A stretch of 63,895 bases of DNA, the filler included, from Welwitschia mirabilis (lineage: Eukaryota): NCBI GenBank assembly GCA_051453625.1. It is 6 parts of one record of this genome, joined end to end, with 100 filler letters (N's around TTAATTAATTAA, not from the genome) between each part and the next. Parts side by side here need not be neighbours in the genome. Positions count along the whole stretch, not along the records: positions 1 to 24,974 come from JBOZIK010000001.1; 5 more parts are not named here. The stretch is one strand, 5' to 3'. Position numbers and translations under genes: made by a program. How positions within the stretch are numbered: position 1 is the stretch's first letter; each line of letters starts with the position of its first letter. Below, one piece after another: positions 1 to 12,456 of this stretch. Under the pieces are notes generated by a model. The model was not told where the DNA came from. It searched no databases and saw only the letters and a program-made list of their open reading frames with translations.

Positions 1-759
1 TTGAATGTTCCTTTATACTTTTTTTATAGAAGTAATCCTTTAATACTTTATAGGATTTAGATTATTGATATCTTAGTAGATTTTATCTTTTATGCTATCT
101 TAGTGTTTTTCTACACTTCATTGTAAGAAATAACAATCTCATAACTTGTAATTTCTTTACATTTAGAATCTATAGTGGAATAATTTGTTAATTCCCTAGA
201 AAACTAGTTATATGTTGTGAATTATCTCTTTATTAAATAAGGTTTTCATGATAGATTTCTACATGAAGAATTATTTCTACTTGAACCATTATTTATAATT
301 TTCAAAATAAGATATCAAATAACTCAGATACTTTCCTAATTAATTTTTCAAACTTTCTTATATTCAAAAATTCTTCTAAGACCTAGTTCAAGTTCTTTTA
401 AGCTTTGAAACACTTTTCTAGTTTTTGTAAGAGAACAGTAATTATAGTTACCTACACTAGAATAGAATCCATAGATTCTTATTTAAAATTGCTACTTATA
501 CCTTTCAAAATGTCTTTAGATTCAAACCTAAACCTACTTTAAGTTCTTGTAATTTTTTAAATAATCTTTTAGTTCTTATGAGAGAATGATAATTATAATT
601 ACCTATTGTATAATAGAAACCTTGACTTCTTATTTAGAATTGTTGTCTATAACTTAACTATTATAGCATATCTTTTATAGATCACAATCTATTATAGAAG
701 CTAAGTTGTAGTAATGATAAAAATATTTTCCTTCATTTAATCATTAAAAATCTCATCCA

Positions 760-3136
760 TAGCTAAAAAATTAGAGATTGTAATAAATGGATAAGAAGAC
801 ATACAACACCATGATCATGAAGAAAATAAAAGCTATATTGGGTATATCACCCTTTAATCGTGCATCCATTTACACTCTAATTATTTCTTGTTCACATCTA
901 TTACTTAATAACATAATCCTTTAAACATCAAAAAATATAACACAAAGAATGAATGAAAACCATTGAGTTACTTCCTTCATTTGAGTTAATTATTTTGACT
1001 ATATACATATTAAATAGAAGTATGCATAAATGTAAAATTAGATGCATCTTAATGATAATTTACTAAGTCTTTAATATACTAATAAGTTACCATTCAAATT
1101 TACTTATTCCATTTCCATTCCTATTAAATTAGAACATTTTCATAACTTACATATACTTGTCTTGAAATAATTTTAAAATATATGATTTCAAAAAATAATA
1201 CTTTTAGTTTGGAAAGAATAGTACTTTTCATGATGAATGGTTGTTCATGGTAAAATCTGACTATGCTTGTATCTATTATCAATGTATAGTAAATAGCAAG
1301 ATCATCCTAGGGATACAAATCTGACATGGCCAAACACAACTTTTACCAATAGTACTAGGACTTCCAGTTGTAAGAGACTAAAACTATATAAGAGAACTAG
1401 GAATGGAATACGTCATTTAAACTACCATAATAACTTCACAGAAAAGCATAAGTATTAAAGTAAATTCATGTATCTTTTAGTCTAACTCAAGCAGAGTGGC
1501 ATAGCCTCATCCACCATAAACATGAGCCTTATCTCAATGATAATGGCATAATCTTATCCATCATAGACATGAGGATAATAGTTCTAAGTCATCTATACTT
1601 CACAACAAAAATAAAATAAGCATGGAAAGTAGGGGTCTTTGAAGAACCATCAAATAATTATTTAGGTCATGGAATCTAGAATAAAATAAAGAATTACCAA
1701 AAGATCTTAAAGTAAAATCATGCCTTAACTAATCTTAGGCACAAAATTATGAAATAATTTGAACTTTATATCAAATTAATTCACCAAGAACATATAACAC
1801 TTTATTATAAAAAATATAAAACCATGTAATCCATGAAAGTACTTATGCTAAACTAAGAAGCATCATGCTAGTTTGGCAAATAGTCCATCCCTATGGAAGG
1901 CTTAGAAATAATAGATGACTAATGCTTTAATATCTGTTATACAATATGACCAATGATATCATCAAGTGAAGGGAAGTAGGGTATTTATAGACCTAAATTA
2001 GGGTTTTTAATCAGGGCTTATAAGGTCTAATGAGATCATTATATAAAATGCCAAAAGTGTATGGGGTTTTCCTTTAGTCATGAGATCAATTTAAGGGGTT
2101 CTTTTTAGAAAATGTTCTTCATTTATCTTCTACCTTTGAAAATGAGAAAAATGAATTACTTGCATCAAGAAAGCTTAGAAACATAAGTATGAACCATTAT
2201 ACTCATAGTAATTAGTGGTACCATTTCTAGAACTAGCATTATCAATAATAATGGTTAGCACTCCTTCATCTTCTAACTTAATGCTTCAGATGATGCAAAG
2301 ATTTTGCAAAATAATAGTGTTAAGGCATATTATTAGTAAAACTAAATTTCCATAAGAAATAAAATTGTCTAGATGATTAATTAAGCATGTTATTAAAGCC
2401 TAAATTCCTTGATGTAAATATCATACTTAGTAAGTTATTATACCCACAATCAATCTTTTTCTAGATTCTTAGAAAAAAATAAGAGAAAAAGAGATAATGT
2501 CAAAAAATTAGTTAACATGAAAAAAATTGCAAATCAGAGCAATTAAGTCTAAAAATATGAAGGGCTTTTGAAAAGAAAATTTAACTAATGTAAGCTAAAA
2601 TTACATTTAAGACAAAGGATAAATCATGAAAAGTAGGTACTGCAAATGTCAATTACCCCTACCAAAGCTAAATTTTATCCTCGAAGTTTGAAAGGTATAA
2701 AAAAATGAATGTAAAAATAATGAGGAATGAATAATGCATGTGCTAATGTATTTTCAAATAATCTAGAAAGAAAACTTTTGAAAAAACAAAATATGCAAAG
2801 CATAACTAAACTAGAAAATATAAAACGCAAACTAATATGAAAGAAAAACTAAAAATTAAAATGACTTTTTGATTTTAATGACTAATTCTCTATATGTAAC
2901 TTGTATCTATACAAATGATTAAAAAATCACTAAAATAGAATTAAGATTAAGGGATTAAATATGATGTTTTAGAAATCATGAAATGAATGATAAATTTGTA
3001 TTATTTGGTTTCTTTGAATTTTTAACAAAGACCTAATTACTAGAAAAATTAAAAATGGAATGTGAAGTGTCTCACTTTAATAAAAGTTTATCTGTGCAAA
3101 TAAAGATAGCAATGCTAGTTAGGAAAGATAATAGCA
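760..3136 (-). mobile_element. Degenerate LTR-retrotransposon remnant (probable LTR plus 3' internal region), cut by element A at 3137
   Basis: Minus-strand TATA-like CTATAAATAC at ~1981-1991; a ~45 bp duplicated unit at 1496-1575; possible LTR start TGATA at ~2423; CCCCTACC...TTTATCCTC motif at ~2656-2682 resembling Athila-type 3' internal motifs. Boundaries are approximate. Confidence 0.35.
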
Positions 3137-5076
3137 TGTTTTGCTACCAAATTATAAGTATTTCATTAGATATTTTAAGTAGTTTTGTAGGACATTAGAT
3201 AGGTTTATGCTGAGTTTCAATGATAAGGAAGACCTAAGGCAAATATTATGAAAACATGCAATCTTTATTACATTTGATAGCATTTCAAGCAAATTATAAT
3301 ACTTTATATCTGAACCAGGAATCCTATAATCAAAGAGGCTAATTTAACACAAGAAATATCTTTACAAATCCCATCATTCACCTAATTGTTTGGACAATAA
3401 TATGAATGACAAAAGAACTCATGTTGACTAGGATACTTATTAAACTAATTTGGTAGTTGAAGTGAATCATGTATGATATGGCGTCATCTCCTATGATGTC
3501 CAATGACTAGATGAATGATACCTAAAAATAATGCTTCATCAAACTTCACTAAACATTTACCATGTATCATGCACCTTCTTGTGTGGCTATTAGGGTTTTA
3601 CCATGTCTGTTAGTATTTGTTGTTTTTAGAATCTTTATTTATATTAAATACCTTCTTCATCCTTGAACCTGACTTTATCTTCTNNNNNNNNNNNNNNNNN
3701 NNNNNNNNNNNNNNNNNNNNNNNNNNNNNNNNNNNNNNNNNNNNNNNNNNNNNNNNNNNNNNNNNNNNNNNNNNNNNNNNNNNNNNNNNNNNNNNNNNNN
3801 NNNNNNNNNNNNNNNNNNNNNNNNNNNNNNNNNNNNNNNNNNNNNNNNNNNNNNNNNNNNNNNNNNNNNNNNNNNNNNNNNNNNNNNNNNNNNNNNNNNN
3901 NNNNNNNNNNNNNNNNNNNNNNNNNNNNNNNNNNNNNNNNNNNNNNNNNNNNNNNNNNNNNNNNNNNNNNNNNNNNNNNNNNNNNNNNNNNNNNNNNNNN
4001 NNNNNNNNNNNNNNNNNNNNNNNNNNNNNNNNNNNNNNNNNNNNNNNNNNNNNNNNNNNNNNNNNNNNNNNNNNNNNNNNNNNNNNNNNNNNNNNNNNNN
4101 NNNNNNNNNNNNNNNNNNNNNNNNNNNNNNNNNNNNNNNNNNNNNNNNNNNNNNNNNNNNNNNNNNNNNNNNNNNNNNNNNNNNNNNNNNNNNNNNNNNN
4201 NNNNNNNNNNNNNNNNNNNNNNNNNNNNNNNNNNNNNNNNNNNNNNNNNNNNNNNNNNNNNNNNNNNNNNNNNNNNNNNNNNNNNNNNNNNNNNNNNNNN
4301 NNATTTGTTGTTTTTAGAATCTTTATTTATATTAAATACCTTCTTCATCCTTGAATCTGACTTTATCTTCTTTGGTATCGAGAATTCTCATGATAGGAGA
4401 TCGAAGGGTAGGAGATCCATCCTTGTTTTTATAGAGAGACATCTTCCTTGGTATTAGGTTGTGTATCTTTCATTGAGGTGTTGTTGCTTTATAACACGGA
4501 TGTTGGTTCAACTTAATCAAAACTTTGTTTTTCTTTTTATATCATTTGTTATATGTATCTCCCTTATGGTTTATGTTTCTTTTGATTCTGTGACAGCTTC
4601 ATGTATGATATAGATCATGATGATAACCTTGGTTAAGGTTCATATTATTAGTTTAGGTGCATTACATTTCATTTCCTAGATTAACTTAGCATTATTTTCA
4701 TATTCTATTTGATGAACCTGATAGCTTAGATTGGTATTGATTTAGTGATGGCTTTTCTTGATCAATCTAGGACATACAGGATCGATCTCCATAATAGGTT
4801 GATTTGATAATTGAATAGATATTGCATTTAAAACAGATATTGCATCTCAGTTGTGTAGTATGCTTATTTGCATTATTATATTTGTTGTACTTAGAGAGTA
4901 CATAAATATTTCACTTGAAATCCATTCTCTTTCTTCTCAACTATGCCTTTGATAGAATTATAAAATTTGGGTCACTCCCATATATATTAGTGTATTGTGT
5001 TGTGTAGTATATATATTTTTGTGATCTTTAAGATTTGTTTAAAGATATAATGTTTGCACAGATACATAGTGCAACA
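3137..5076 (+). mobile_element. 5' LTR of Athila-like Ty3/gypsy element A
   Basis: Starts TGTTTTG, ends CAACA, followed 3 nt later by a PBS. Aligns with the LTR starts at 24393 and 29975 and the LTR end at 31295. Contains an N gap. Confidence 0.85.
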
Positions 5077-5079
5077 TCT

Positions 5080-5097
5080 TGGTACCATTGCTGGGGA
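5080..5097 (+). promoter_or_regulatory. Primer-binding site, tRNA-Asp type
   Basis: TGGTACCATTGCTGGGGA versus the Athila consensus TGGCGCCGTTGCCGGGGA; all four differences are transitions at CpG. Confidence 0.9.
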
Positions 5098-8000
5098 AGG
5101 TTGCTTGAAGTTTAAGGATTGTTGTTACTCAGATAAGTAGTTTCGATTTTGGTTCAGGTATTTTCTATAGTAGTATTATATCTTTATAGTAGAAATGTAT
5201 ATTTTCTTTTTTCATTTTTTGATTTTCATTTCAAAAATAATGCCTTATTGTCCCCTGTGTTGTCTAGATGATGTGCAAGAATGATAGCTTATAAAATTTA
5301 GGGTTTTATATTTTTGTAAGACTAGGGTTTTTCTTATTGTCCCCTCTATCATCTAGATGACTTAGTGGACAACTGTCAATTTTCGTAACTTGTTATTTCG
5401 TGATTCTATTTTTCTATGTTTCTTGTTTTTGAGTTTTTGTATCTTCTGTCATCTAGGTACATTGTCCAGACGAATACTAAGATGATGCTTACAGAAGCAA
5501 AACTAAGCATGCTAGGTTATGATAAACTCTAATAAAAATATGGAATATCAAAGACAGTGGCTATTAGTCAAAGAAAACATTTGAGAAGATTTGATCAACT
5601 ATGAACTAAACCCAGGTACGCATACCCCAGCTATGCAAAACATTCCAAGAATTGAGNNNNNNNNNNNNNNNNNNNNNNNNNNNNNNNNNNNNNNNNNNNN
5701 NNNNNNNNNNNNNNNNNNNNNNNNNNNNNNNNNNNNNNNNNNNNNNNNNNNNNNNNATATGGAATATCAAAGACAGTGGCTATTAGTTAAAGAAAACATT
5801 TGAGAAGATTTGATCAACTATGAACTAAACCTAGGTACGCATACCCCAGCTATGCAAAACATTCCAAGAATTGAGTAAGAATATTTTTTTTTATTTAGCA
5901 TTTCTAAATGTGATTTTTCCAAAAAAAAAAAATTCAAAAGAAAGTTTAGAAGAAAATCATTTTATTGTAATGTCAAATTCTATGTAAAAATAGAAACAAG
6001 TAGCTTTACTAAATCCTCATATCATGATAGGAACTTTTACTACCCTCGTTAATCCAAATGTTAATGTCATTCTTAAAGAACTAATTACAAATAAAAAGCA
6101 TGAAATCCAAAATCCTTTTAACCTTCCTCCTGGTAATAATGTTAAGTTAATAAATCTAAACAATTATCCTATTTTTAATGGAGAAAATTATGAAGATCCC
6201 CTTGAACATATAGCCAACATTGGACAATTAGTGCATACTTCTAGAAACAATAAAAAATAAATTAGTGATCATACTTACATGATTATCTTTCTGATTACAT
6301 TAAAAGAAAAGAACAATTATGGTTAAGAACTATTCCTCATAAAATCTTACAAACATGGAACCAACTTCAAGGTGCCTTCATAAAAAGATTTATGAGTGAA
6401 ACAACAATTAGAAAAAGAAATAAATAGGTAATAAATTTAAAAGAACAATCTAATAAAGATTATGCCTCCATGTATGAATGATTTTTCATTGCAATTTATT
6501 CTAATCCCATTGATGCTTTCACTTAATAAGAATTAGTGGAGTATTTCTATAGTGGAATTAATAGCCAAACTAAATAACTTGTAGACTTTTCATGTGGAGG
6601 AAATTTAATGAATCTCACATTATAAAATGTATGGATTTTGTTATAAGAACTAGTGGAAGTAAGTCAAATATGTCCTAAACCAATACCTAAAGAAAATCAT
6701 ACTATAGACCAACTCATAAAAGATCTTAAACAAGTAAAATAAGAAAAGGAGAAAGGCAAACAGGGGAAAAACTAATAAATTTAATTAAGGATTTTACAAC
6801 AACATTAGAAAAATACAGTTAAATGATTTTAGATGCAAAAGTGGTAACTAAAAAGAATTTGGTTCTAACTTATGATTTTTGTGAAGACAACTTTCATGTA
6901 ATAAAAGAATGTCCTTTATTGCTGACTTACAAAGAGAAAATTTATGAAGAAGTATGTGCTTTCAACCAAAAGTCTTCAAAATTTAGAAATCAAAATCAAA
7001 ATCAAAATTAATTTCAACCTAGGATGAATGGACAACCTAACTTTCAATCTTTTAAAAAAAATTCAAGAACTTCAAACAAATCATCCAAATTTCCAACCAT
7101 TTAGGAATAGATTTGAGACTATAAAATTTCAAATAAACAATTCAAACTTACAACTAAGTAGTTCAAATTATCAATCAAGAACATTAAATTCATAAAACCA
7201 AAATTATCCACTTAGAAATTTCATTAATAAATTAAAAAAAATATTAAGAGAAGACAAATTCAAACATTGGAAATCTAGTGAATGTTCTTCAACAAACTAC
7301 ACTTGCAAAACAAAGACCATAAGGATCAGTTGTAATACAAACTTTGCCAAACCCTAATGAAGTAAGAAAAGATTATAAGGTTGTGATAAGAAGTGGAAAT
7401 GAAATAACATCTCCTACCTATAAGGCTTTAACTTTTTAAAATAATAAGAAAAAGGAAGAAAAAGAAGAGGATATTAAAATATTATAAAATCATACTTTCC
7501 CTTATTCTTTAAGTGATAAGCTTAAAAAAAATTCTTTGCAAGATAAAGGTAAGAAACTTATTACCCCTTGGCTTAATTAGATTAAATACCAATTCTACCT
7601 TTTAAATTTTTTATTTTGGAAACTGTCGCAAAAAAATCCTAAATATTCTAAGTTATGGAAAGACTTAATTAGGAGGAAACAAAAATGAACAAAACCTAGT
7701 AAAGTCTTCCTAGCCCAATCTATAACCAACTTAGTTTTCTAAAAATGTTTAAAATTTAAGGATTCGAGGGTAGAAATAGTTAATATCATATTAGAAGAAA
7801 ATAAAAAAATAAATAAAACCATAATCAATATAAGAGGGAGTGTTAATATTATCACTTTACAAATTTGTCAACGACTTAGTTTGAAAANNNNNNNNNNNNN
7901 NNNNNNNNNNNNNNNNNNNNNNNNNNNNNNNNNNNNNNNNNNNNNNNNNNNNNNNNNNNNNNNNNNNNNNNNNNNNNNNNNNNNNNNTATTATCCCTTTA

Positions 8001-8369
8001 CACATTTGTCAACGACTTAGTTTGAAAAGTAGAATTAAACTTATACATTTTATCGTAGAATTGGTTGATACATTTATGAAGAAATCTTTAGGAGTAATAA
8101 AAGATTTGGTGATTTAAATTGAGGAAGCATTCTATCTACTAGATGTGTTTGTGATTGAAGTTGAGCATTATGAAGGTTATTCACTACTTCTATGTAGAGA
8201 ATTTTGTGCAACAACCCATTGTATTTTTCATACAAAAACTAGAATGATGCAGTGTCACTTAGGAAATAAAAAGTTTAATATTAAATTTTTTGATGCTACT
8301 AAAAAAGACTTAGGCAATGAGTGGAAGGTAAAGGAAGAAATTAAGATAACATTATTTTTATAGCATCAT

Positions 8370-9933
8370 TATCATATCCAGATCTTCAAGGTTCAAGAAC
8401 TTTTATATATAATTCTTAATGTCATAAGATAATTTAATTTATATATGTATGTATTTTTTTTTTCATTAGTGCAATTTTTATTAAGAAAAATTTAAGCAAG
8501 AATTCTTCACATTTTAAATATTTCCTTATTAAAAATTTCATGATTTAATTTTCATAGCTAAACCATTTTATTTATAGAAAATAGTTTTTTATAGGTTCTA
8601 GAAATTACTAGTTATGTGAATTATTTTAATTTACATGTGAAGCATTATTATTCTTATTATAATATTGAAATGCCTAGTGGCCTGGTAAGGGTTATATAAT
8701 TTCCACCAGTTCCATATCTCCCACCACTTTCATTACTTCCTCTCCTTCCACCACTTCCACCACACCACTGCCATCATTTTCAATAACTCTACCACTTCCT
8801 TATGGTGTCATTTTAACATCCTATACTCTCTCTTATAAATAGAATCCTCTTTTCTTCATATTTTATATCTTTATTGGACATTACAAATCCTAATTTATCT
8901 TGGTTACATATCGATTTTCTTGAGAATCTTACCTTAACCTTAAAAACCTTCTTACCAAACCTTACCATGGGCCATACTGGGAACTGTAAAGGTATAGTTT
9001 TTACACCATTCCTATTGTGCAAGAAATGCTTAGAGGAATTAGGTGAAAAGAAGCTAGAGCTGGATGTCTCTTATGAAGTCTTCTCATTCTTGGATATGAT
9101 TACTCATTAATGTTTCTGTAAATCCTGGAAGATTGTTTTTGGCTACATTCCTTATAATTTTGCTTTTAAAAACATCTATATATTTGAGCTTTAAAGTGAA
9201 GATTCTATAACTTTGAAGATATATTATTGATCATTAATAATAGTATTTCTTGTAAACAAGATAATTAAAACATATTTACATATTTCATTTCAAGAATTCT
9301 ATTTAGATAGTTAAGTTTTTCATGAAATATTCTTGGAAAAATATCAATAATCTTGACTATTGTGAAAGAAAGTTATTATCTCATAAATTTTACTTATTAG
9401 ATTAGTTATGGAATTATAATAATTTGTGATGTTTTTTAATTTTACATAGTTTATTATTTCTTAAATGTTAAAATAATTATTATCATAGTAATAAAATTAT
9501 CATCATAGTTTTAAGGAAAAAATAGGAAAGAGTGGGGTACATGGGATTTGGAACCATAACCTCACTTCCCATTCCTCTCCCCTCTCACCATTAAATTAAC
9601 AATCCATGCTGTAAAAGAAAATGTTACACATATGTTGGAGCATGTGGCATCTGTTATTATTTAAAAAGAAATAGAGCAATTTGGATTGAACCACTAAACT
9701 TCTTAATAATATCTCTTTTCCTTAACCATTATGCTAGATAAAAAACACATTAATTAGTAAAGGAATTTCAAATTACAACTAACTTTTGAAATACTTATCA
9801 TAAAATCATAATCTTACATATTCTGAGGTATGTTTGACTACTACTTTTAAGTCATTTAATTTATAAAAATCTATGTATCACATTTGATATCAGGGCTAAA
9901 CAAAGATTTTAAGTGTGAAAATTGGTCATTACA
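8370..9933 (+). mobile_element. Solo LTR (Tekay/Del-like) inserted between protease and RT of element A
   Basis: Perfect 5 bp TSD ATCAT at 8365-8369 and 9934-9938. Termini TATCATATCC (TG>TA) and GGTCATTACA. TATAAATAG at ~8836. Host sequence rejoins across it by comparison with 27110-27130 and 42240-42290. Confidence 0.85.
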
Positions 9934-12188
9934 ATCATCCACTTGAAGAGAGATGATTAGTGTTTCATGAACCTATCTTATATGTTGATCCACTTGAAGC
10001 AAAAACTTGAAAGCTTTCAATGATGATGAATTCAACTATGAGCATTTAGGAACTGACTGTTTTAATTAGGAGAGTGAAAAAATTGAAATTATAATCCATG
10101 CAAAAGTTAAACATCTAAAAAAAACTAAGATTTCATATTTTAAGAAAGGTCATCCCTGCATATCATCTGGACAATGCCTAAGATGATAATAAATTTTAAT
10201 AAAAAATTAATAGAAACTGGAAATTTGAATTTAAATCTAAAATATTTACCTAGTGGACTAAAATATATCTTTTTATGTAATGATTTAAATAAACCTTTGA
10301 TAATAAATAGAAATATTTCCCCTCAAAAGAATCAATTTTAATCTTACTTTTGAATTCTAAGATTAATGTATTTACTTGGAATCATAAAGATTTAACGACC
10401 ATTTCTACTTCCATTATTTAACATAAAATTAACCTTGAGCATAATGCAAAACCTGTTAGGTAATTCCAACATAAACTTAATCTAACCCTTAAACAAGCCA
10501 TAAAAAATAAAATCATTAAATTAATGGATGCTAATTTATCTATTCCATATCTAATAGTAAGTGGACTAGTCCTTTGGTGGTAGTGCCTAAAAAAGGAGGG
10601 AAGTGGAGGATGTGTATTAATTTTAAAAAGCTAAATGAAGTAATAAAGAAAGATCATTGCCCTTTATCTTTTCTTAATCAAATTCTTGATAACATCCAAG
10701 GACATACCTTTAATTACTTTCTTGATGGGTATAGTGGTTATAATTAGGTTTGTATAGATAGTGAGGATCAAGTAGAAACAAATTTCACTTTATCTTTTAA
10801 AACATTTTCCTTTAGATGCATGCCTTTTGGACTTTGCAATGCTCCTAGTATTTTTCAATGTGCACTGATGGGTATCTTTTTAATTGAAATTTTTATGAAT
10901 GATTTCTTAATCTATGGTGAAAACTTTAAAAAAAATCTTAGAAATGTTAGAGAAAGTCCTTGATAAATGCATTAAGACTAACCTACATTTGACTTGGAAG
11001 AAGAGTTTCTTTCTAGTTGATAATAAAATTGTCTTAGGTTACTACATTTCTAGCAGAGGAATTAGGATGAACCCTAAAAAAGTAAGTGTCATTAAAAACC
11101 TAACTCCTCCAACAAATGTAAAACAAGTTCAATCTTTTCCTAGGCATTATGATTTTATAGTTATTTTATTTAGTATTATGCTAAAATTTGTAAACCACTT
11201 TACTCATTACTTGAAAAAAAAAAGCTAAATTTAAATGGAATGAATCTTGTAAGCTTACTTTTAGAACAATTAAAGATAAAATTACTTTTACACCTATTGT
11301 AATAGGATCCAATTAGAATAAAGATTTTAAACTAATATGTGATGCTAGTAATATTGTTGTGGATGGTGTTTTTGGATAAAAGTATGAAAATGATTTCAAA
11401 GTTATATCTTATCATAACAAAATGTTGTCTAAATCTTAATCAAATTACACTACTACTGAGAAAGAAATGTTATTTATAATATTTTTCCTTAATGCTCTTA
11501 AACACTATTTTTTAGTCTTTTATACAAATGTTTATACCAACCATGTAGCTATTAGATACCTCATAATCAAGAAAGATTCTAGTGCTAGATTCATTAGATG
11601 GATCCTCCTCATGTAAGAATTTAATTTGACCATCTATTCATAAAGAAAGGAANNNNNNNNNNNNNNNNNNNNNNNNNNNNNNNNNNNNNNNNNNNNNNNN
11701 NNNNNNNNNNNNNNNNNNNNNNNNNNNNNNNNNNNNNNNNNNNNNNNNNNNNNNNNNNNNNNNNNNNNNNNNNNNNNNNNNNNNNNNNNNNNNNNNNNNN
11801 NNNNNNNNNNNNNNNNNNNNNNNNNNNNNNNNNNNNNNNNNNNNNNNNNNNNNNNNNNNNNNNNNNNNNNNNNNNNNNNNNNNNNNNNNNNNNNNNNNNN
11901 NNNNNNNNNNNNNNNNNNNNNNNNNNNNNNNNNNNNNNNNNNNNNNNNNNNNNNNNNNNNNNNNNNNNNNNNNNNNNNNNNNNNNNNNNNNNNNNNNNNN
12001 NNNNNNNNNNNNNNNNNNNNNNNNNNNNNNNNNNNNNNNNNNNNNNNNNNNNNNNNNNNNNNNNNNNNNNNNNNNNNNNNNNNNNNNNNNNNNNNNNNNN
12101 NNNNNNNNNNNNNNNNNNNNNNNNNNNNNNNNNNNNNNNNNNNNNNNNNNNNNNNNNNNNNNNNNNNNNNNNNNNNNNNNNNNNAATT

Positions 12189-12456
12189 TGTCACATCTTT
12201 TATAAAGACTAAAAAATTCTATAGTTGAAAAACACTTACTTTAACGCTCTGATACCAAATGTAAAGGTCTAAAAGTTACATCTTTAAAATCTTCAAAATT
12301 AATGCTCCGATATCAAAATGTGACACCCCAAAAATACTAATGTTGAAAACTTCAAGCTTAATCGAATACTTTGATACCCAAAATATAATAACCCAAAAGT
12401 TTTATGGTTAAAAATCCCCATAAAGTTAAAGCTATAATACCAAAATGTAATGCCCC
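12189..12456 (-). repeat. Tandem array of PBS + LTR-terminus units (period 58-71 bp)
   Basis: GCTCTGATACCA-aa-TGTAAAGG (12246), GCTCCGATATCA-aaa-TGTGACACCCC (12304), ACTTTGATACCC-aaaa-TATAATAACCC (12368), GCTATAATACCA-aaa-TGTAATGCCCC (12431), plus a partial TGTCACATC at 12189. Confidence 0.85.

Noticed and set aside
3617-4457. Long ORFs in the supplied track that consist mostly of X
   Set aside because: They are artefacts of N runs lacking stop codons.
5538-5875. Apparent tandem duplications around 100-N gaps (also 7848-8027, 15284-15499, 21122-21543, 28056-28449, 39215-39613, 40256-40452, 41561-41820, 49541-49978)
   Set aside because: Near-identical overlaps flanking gaps are unmerged contig ends, haplotypes or paralog joins.
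12189-12456. CRISPR array
   Set aside because: The repeats are degenerate retrotransposon PBS/LTR ends, the spacers share partial similarity (GTTGAAAA), the context is eukaryotic and there are no cas genes.
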